A stretch of DNA of 64,000 bases from Acidimicrobiia bacterium (GTDB lineage: Bacteria; Actinomycetota; Acidimicrobiia; Acidimicrobiales; CATQHL01). The number at the start of each line of letters is the position of its first letter. Position 1 is the stretch's first letter. A program made the translations under genes and the position numbers. Location: contig VXXM01000014.1 of NCBI GenBank assembly GCA_009835395.1, positions 3,091 to 67,090 of the forward strand, written 5' to 3'. This document shows positions 59,531 through 64,000 of this stretch, in pieces. The notes beneath the pieces were generated by a model. The model was given only the letters and a program-made list of their open reading frames with translations. It was not told where the DNA came from and did no database searches.

Positions 59531-61921
59531 TCAGGCGGCGGAATGGCCTCGCAGCAGCTCGCGCAGGCGCGGCGGGCTCAAGTTGGCCTGCGTGATGGGC
59601 ACGCCCAGTGGCACCAGCGCGTCGTGGACCGCTGCGGCGAGTGCCGCCGGCACAACGATGAGCGCCCCCTCACCTGCACCGCGGTAGCCGCCGATCAGAT
59701 CCGAGGGCGTCTCGCGGTGGATGATCCTCGGCTCTACGACGTCCCCGAACGTCGGGATCGCGTAGTCCAGCAGCGTCGTCGTGAGGGGCTGGCCGTTCTC
59801 GTCGTAGTGCAGTTCCTCGAAGAACGTCTGCCCGATGGCCTGCATGACCGCGCCGTGGATCTGCCCGTCGAGTATCACCTGGTTCATCACGGTCCCGCAG
59901 TCGTGCACGATGGTGAGGTCACCCACGCTCACCACTCCGGTGGCTGGATCCACCTCCACGACCGCGGCCGCAGCGGCCGTGGCATAGGTGGCGGCGACGT
60001 TCATCTTGCCGCGCTCGTCGGGGAAGGGGCTCGTGTTGAACGAGTCGTAGCCCACGATGACCGACAGGCCCGGGTCCATGCCCGGCGGCAGCAGGAAGGT
60101 GTGGAGGTACGCCGCGGAAGCGATCTGGGCGAACGGGATGGCCGCCTCGCCGAAGCGGAAGAACCCGTCGGAGACGGTGATCTGATCGGCGGGCGCGTCC
60201 AGCAGTCCGGCGGCGATGGCGACCATCTTGTCGCGCACCTGGCGCGCGGCCTTGATGACCGCTCCGCCGCCCATCACGACCGAACGGCTGCCCCAGGTGC
60301 CGCTGCCGTAGGGCAGGACTCCGGTGTCACCGTCGCTGACGGTGACGTCGTCGGGGCTGATGCCCAGTTCGTCCGCCGCCGCCTTGGCGAAGATGGTCTC
60401 GTGCCCCTGGCCCTGGGACTTGGTGCCGACCACCACGTTCACCTTGCCGTCGGGCTGCACCGCCAGCATCGCCATCTCGTAGACGCCGAACTGCCCGGCC
60501 AGACCATGGATGTTGGGAGCGGTGGCCTCCACCATTTGCGCGATCCCCACCCCGACGAGACGGTCCTCGGTCCGCGCCTCGTCGCGCCGACGGCAGGCTG
60601 CGTCGTAGTCCGCGCCCTCGAGGAGGTCCGAGAGTTGGTCATGGAAGCTGCCGCAGTCCAGCACGGCGCCGGTGGCAGTCACGTAGGGGCGTTGCTCGTC
60701 GGGGATCATGTTGATCCGGCGCATCTCCACGGGATCGATGCCGAGCTTCTCGCCCACCAGGTCCAGCACCCGCTCGATCAGGAATACGGCCTGCCCCTGG
60801 CCGTAGCCGCGGTAGGCGCCCATCGGCGCCTTGTTGGTCGCCACGCAGCGCAACTCGAAGGCGTAGTCCTGCAGGTCGTAGCAGTTGGGCACGATGGCCG
60901 TGGTGACGATCGCAGGCCCGGCGCCGATGACATAGAGCTCCGGCGACCCGACATCCGCGATGATCTCGGCGCGCAGCCCGAGGATCCGCCCGTCGTTGCG
61001 GTACGCCGCCTCCACGTTGTGCACCTGCTGGCGCGAGTGCACGCTGGCGGTGAGGCTCTCGGTGCGGTCCTGCTTCCAGACGACCGGGTGGCGGACCCGC
61101 ATCGCCAGCACCGCCACGAGCGCCTCCTCGCGAACCATGTGGACCTTGTTCCCGAAGCCGCCGCCCATGTCGGGCGCCACGACCCGGATCTTGGCCTCGC
61201 TCAGTCCGGTGATCTCCGCGAGCACGGTGCGCAGGAAGTGCGGGATCTGGGTGGAGGCGTGCAGCACCAGACGGCCCGTGGCGGGGTCGAACTCCCCGAG
61301 TGCACCGTGGCCGTCCAGCGGCAGTCCGATGATGCGGTGGTGCGTGAACTTCTCCTCCAGCACCCCGTCGGCGTTGGCGAACGCCGTCTCGGTGTCGCCG
61401 TGAGGGCCCGGGATGTACAGGAAGACGTTGTCGCCCCAGTCCTCGTAGAGCTGCGGCGAATCCCCCTCCAGCGCCGCTTCGACGTCGCTGACCGCCGGCA
61501 GTTCCTCGTAGTCGACCTCGATGAGCTCGAGGGCGTCCTCGGCGATGTAGCGGCTGTCGGCGACCACGGCGGCGACCGCCTCACCCACGAAACGCACCTT
61601 GTCGACCGCGAGCACCGACCAGTTGATTTGGCGCAGCGTCGGGATCGCTTCCAGGTGGTGGTTGAACGTGCCGGTGTCGGCGGCCAGTTCGGCTCCCGTG
61701 AACGCGCCGATCACTCCGGGCAGCGTGAGGGCACCCGAGACGTCGATGTCGCGGATCCGGGCATGGGCCAACGGGCTGCGCAGGATGGCGATGTGCTTCA
61801 GATCCGGCCTCTGCACGTCGCCCAGGTACTCACCCTGGCCGCAGAGCAGCCGGGTGTCCTCGCGGCGGAGGGTTCCCGTAGTGGTCTCCGGCGGTGCCAC
61901 CGGGGGCGCGACAGCGGTCAT
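59531..61921 (-). CDS. Xanthine dehydrogenase family molybdopterin-binding large subunit (CoxL-like, not form I CODH)
   Basis: RREDTRLL, RSPLAHA, GGGFGNK, AYRGYG, QGQGHET, GQIHG, GAGEG. Confidence 0.92.
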   Translation of the reverse strand: MTAVAPPVAPPETTTGTLRREDTRLLCGQGEYLGDVQRPDLKHIAILRSPLAHARIRDIDVSGALTLPGVIGAFTGAELAADTGTFNHHLEAIPTLRQINWSVLAVDKVRFVGEAVAAVVADSRYIAEDALELIEVDYEELPAVSDVEAALEGDSPQLYEDWGDNVFLYIPGPHGDTETAFANADGVLEEKFTHHRIIGLPLDGHGALGEFDPATGRLVLHASTQIPHFLRTVLAEITGLSEAKIRVVAPDMGGGFGNKVHMVREEALVAVLAMRVRHPVVWKQDRTESLTASVHSRQQVHNVEAAYRNDGRILGLRAEIIADVGSPELYVIGAGPAIVTTAIVPNCYDLQDYAFELRCVATNKAPMGAYRGYGQGQAVFLIERVLDLVGEKLGIDPVEMRRINMIPDEQRPYVTATGAVLDCGSFHDQLSDLLEGADYDAACRRRDEARTEDRLVGVGIAQMVEATAPNIHGLAGQFGVYEMAMLAVQPDGKVNVVVGTKSQGQGHETIFAKAAADELGISPDDVTVSDGDTGVLPYGSGTWGSRSVVMGGGAVIKAARQVRDKMVAIAAGLLDAPADQITVSDGFFRFGEAAIPFAQIASAAYLHTFLLPPGMDPGLSVIVGYDSFNTSPFPDERGKMNVAATYATAAAAAVVEVDPATGVVSVGDLTIVHDCGTVMNQVILDGQIHGAVMQAIGQTFFEELHYDENGQPLTTTLLDYAIPTFGDVVEPRIIHRETPSDLIGGYRGAGEGALIVVPAALAAAVHDALVPLGVPITQANLSPPRLRELLRGHSAA

Positions 61922-62391
61922 GACTGCGCCTCGGCGGTGCCGGCGAGGGCTTCCAGCGCGCCGACGATGTTGATGTAGCCGGTGCAGCGGCAGAGATTGC
62001 CCGACATCCACTCCACGATCTCGTCCCGGCTCGGGTGCGGGTCGGCCTCGAACATCTCCAGCGCCGTGAGGACCATGCCCGGCGTGCAGTAGCCGCACTG
62101 CAAGCCGTGGTGGGTCGACAGCGCCTGCTGGATCGGATGCAGCGCTCCCGGCGATCCGACGCCCTCGATAGTGCGCACCTCGGCACCGTTCACCTGGACG
62201 GTGAACATGAGGCAGGACCGCACGCTGGCGCCGCCGACCAAGACGGTGCACGCGCCACAGGCGCCCTGTTCGCAGGCTGCGTGAGCCCCTGTCATGGAGA
62301 GGCGGTCCCGCAGCGTGTCGAGCAGCAACTCGCGCGGCTCGACGTCGACCTCCGCGGCCTCGCCGTTGAGAGAGAACCTGACATCTGTCAT
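61918..62391 (-). CDS. 2Fe-2S small subunit (CoxS-like)
   Basis: CEQGACGACT, RSC, QCGYCTPG, NLCRCTGY. Confidence 0.95.
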   Translation of the reverse strand: MTDVRFSLNGEAAEVDVEPRELLLDTLRDRLSMTGAHAACEQGACGACTVLVGGASVRSCLMFTVQVNGAEVRTIEGVGSPGALHPIQQALSTHHGLQCGYCTPGMVLTALEMFEADPHPSRDEIVEWMSGNLCRCTGYINIVGALEALAGTAEAQS

Positions 62392-62439
62392 GAAGATCCA
62401 CTCCTCATTGCATTCCTCCTTCTCGTGATCGGAGCGCGC

Positions 62440-63321
62440 TCAGCCGCGGCCGGCCGATCCTGCCCGTCCCCAGGCTCTTCGCACAGCATCGGCGGCGAGC
62501 ACGGCAGCGAGCTCGCGGCGATATTCGCCCGAGCCGTGCACGTCTCCGGTCGGGTCCGACGCCGCGGCCACCCGCCTGCCCAGTTCGTCCGCTCCGCCGT
62601 CGGTCAGAGCGGACTCGCCCAGCAGGAACTCTCCCGCCGCGCTCAGGTCCATCGGGATCGGGCCGAGACCGCAGCCGGCGACCCGAAGCCGGTCACATGC
62701 ACCGCCCTCGTCGCGGTGCAGTATGACGGCCACACCCGCGGTGGCGAAGTCACCGTGGCGAAGGACGAATTCCGAGAACGCGCCCCCGTCGCCCTCGCTG
62801 TGCGCGGGAATCTCCACCGCGGTCAGCAACTCGGCGGGCTCGAGGCTGGTCATGAAGGGCCCCGCGAAGAACTCGGCGGCGGGAACCGTCCGCTCACCGG
62901 TGGTGCCGCTGGCAACCACATTCCCATCCAGCGCCACGAGCAGTGCCGGCAACTCGGCCACGGGATCGGCGTGGGCAATGCTGCCACCGAGCGTGCCCCG
63001 GTTGCGGATCCCGACGTGGCCGATGAGCCCGGCCGTCTCGGCGACGATCGGCGCTTGGCGACGCACCGCCGGGTCGGTCTCCAGGAAACGGTGGCGGCAC
63101 ATGGCGCCGAATCGCAGCGTGCCATTGCGGGCCTCGAAACCCGACAGCGCCCCCAGGCCGTTCACATCCACGAGCAGGCTCGGACGAGCCAGGCGCAGGT
63201 TCATCAGCGGTACGAGGCTCTGCCCTCCCGCCAGCACCCGGGCGTCCTCGGAATCGGCCAGCGCCTCGGTGGCCTCGGCGACCGACTCCACGGCGACGTA
63301 TTCGAATCTTGCGGGTTTCAC
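62440..63321 (-). CDS. FAD-binding medium subunit (CoxM-like)
   Basis: MKPARFEY, LAGGQSL, IRNRGTLGGSIAHADP. Confidence 0.95.
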   Translation of the reverse strand: MKPARFEYVAVESVAEATEALADSEDARVLAGGQSLVPLMNLRLARPSLLVDVNGLGALSGFEARNGTLRFGAMCRHRFLETDPAVRRQAPIVAETAGLIGHVGIRNRGTLGGSIAHADPVAELPALLVALDGNVVASGTTGERTVPAAEFFAGPFMTSLEPAELLTAVEIPAHSEGDGGAFSEFVLRHGDFATAGVAVILHRDEGGACDRLRVAGCGLGPIPMDLSAAGEFLLGESALTDGGADELGRRVAAASDPTGDVHGSGEYRRELAAVLAADAVRRAWGRAGSAGRG

Positions 63322-63368
63322 CTTGTCGCTCCAATCCTCGCTGCCGCAGATGCCAGCCGGCCGATCGG

Positions 63369-64000
63369 CTAGCTGGAATTCGACGGCCAGTGCCGCTCGT
63401 AGCGGCTAACCAGCCAGCGGTTGAACTGCGCCAGGGTCTCCTCTTGCCACGAATAGCGGCCGCGCGGCGCGAACACCGAGTTCAAGCCCTTCTGCACCAT
63501 GCGGTCTGCGTAGACATCCTGCACGTTGAAATTATCAACCCCCTGCTCGGCCTGCTCGAAGAGGTACTCGAACATCGGGTCCGCCAGCGCTGAGGCCTCG
63601 AAGCAGTACCCGATGTGGATGGTGATCTCGCCCGGCCCGTCCGGACTGATGATGAAGTAAGCGATCTCGTCCGGCACGATCGCCAGCGACAGCGTCGGCG
63701 GGATCAGGACGAACGAACCACGCCGCCGCTGCGCTTCGGTGAGGTTCGCGAACACGGGCAGGATGCACTTCTTTGTGGGGTTGAAGGAGCCGTCGATATC
63801 CGTGAAGTGCTGGATGCGACCGATGGCCCCGTCGTCGGGATCCCAGGGCAGGTAGTCGTTGAGATGGCTGGGGGCGAACGTCTGGAGTGGGCCGTGCAGC
63901 CGGCTGGCGTGGTAGGGGTCATTGAAGTTCTCCATCATGACCTTCCAGTTCCACGGCAGGTTCGGCAGCGTCTTGCCCTCGCGGGTCACCGTGTCGGGAA
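63369..64000 (-). CDS. Rieske ring-hydroxylating oxygenase alpha subunit, C-terminal catalytic domain (5' part outside window)
   Basis: NWKVMMENFNDPYHASRLH (mononuclear Fe ligands), QD...VQKGL, GRYS...E. Confidence 0.85.
   Translation of the reverse strand, partial: PDTVTREGKTLPNLPWNWKVMMENFNDPYHASRLHGPLQTFAPSHLNDYLPWDPDDGAIGRIQHFTDIDGSFNPTKKCILPVFANLTEAQRRRGSFVLIPPTLSLAIVPDEIAYFIISPDGPGEITIHIGYCFEASALADPMFEYLFEQAEQGVDNFNVQDVYADRMVQKGLNSVFAPRGRYSWQEETLAQFNRWLVSRYERHWPSNSS

Noticed and set aside
59531-63321. Aerobic CO dehydrogenase
   Set aside because: Lacks the AYxCSFR motif, and no coxDEFG accessory genes are visible.

Overview
High-GC Actinomycetota-type chromosomal segment. Gene content and order suggest Acidimicrobiia, which is an inference. 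It is mostly housekeeping: a dcw cluster (mraZ-rsmH-ftsL-ftsI-murE-mraY-murD-ftsW-murG-murC-murB-ftsQ-ftsZ, minus strand, no murF/ddl/ftsA), moxR-DUF58-transglutaminase, dinB, an MtrAB-like two-component system, pfkA/glucokinase, queG, trpD, RNase P RNA, three tRNAs (Val, Ile2, Asn), and phoH-ybeY-hlyC-era-uppS-recO-glyQS-dnaG-sigma70. The right end holds redox and catabolic genes (NuoEF-like flavoprotein, Fe-S subunit, xanthine-dehydrogenase-family trio, Rieske oxygenase). The standout is one 1124-aa ORF (32739-36113, minus) fusing a squalene epoxidase-like FAD monooxygenase to an oxidosqualene cyclase (DCTAE motif, QW repeats). It would be a one-gene squalene-to-sterol/triterpenol enzyme, with atypical product-determining residues, sitting alone between trpD and queG. 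Secondary oddities are an RNase P RNA with no P18 and covarying P4, a dnaG-linked sigma70 with altered -10/-35 recognition residues, and several structured intergenic elements. All calls come from reading motifs by eye; no searches were run.
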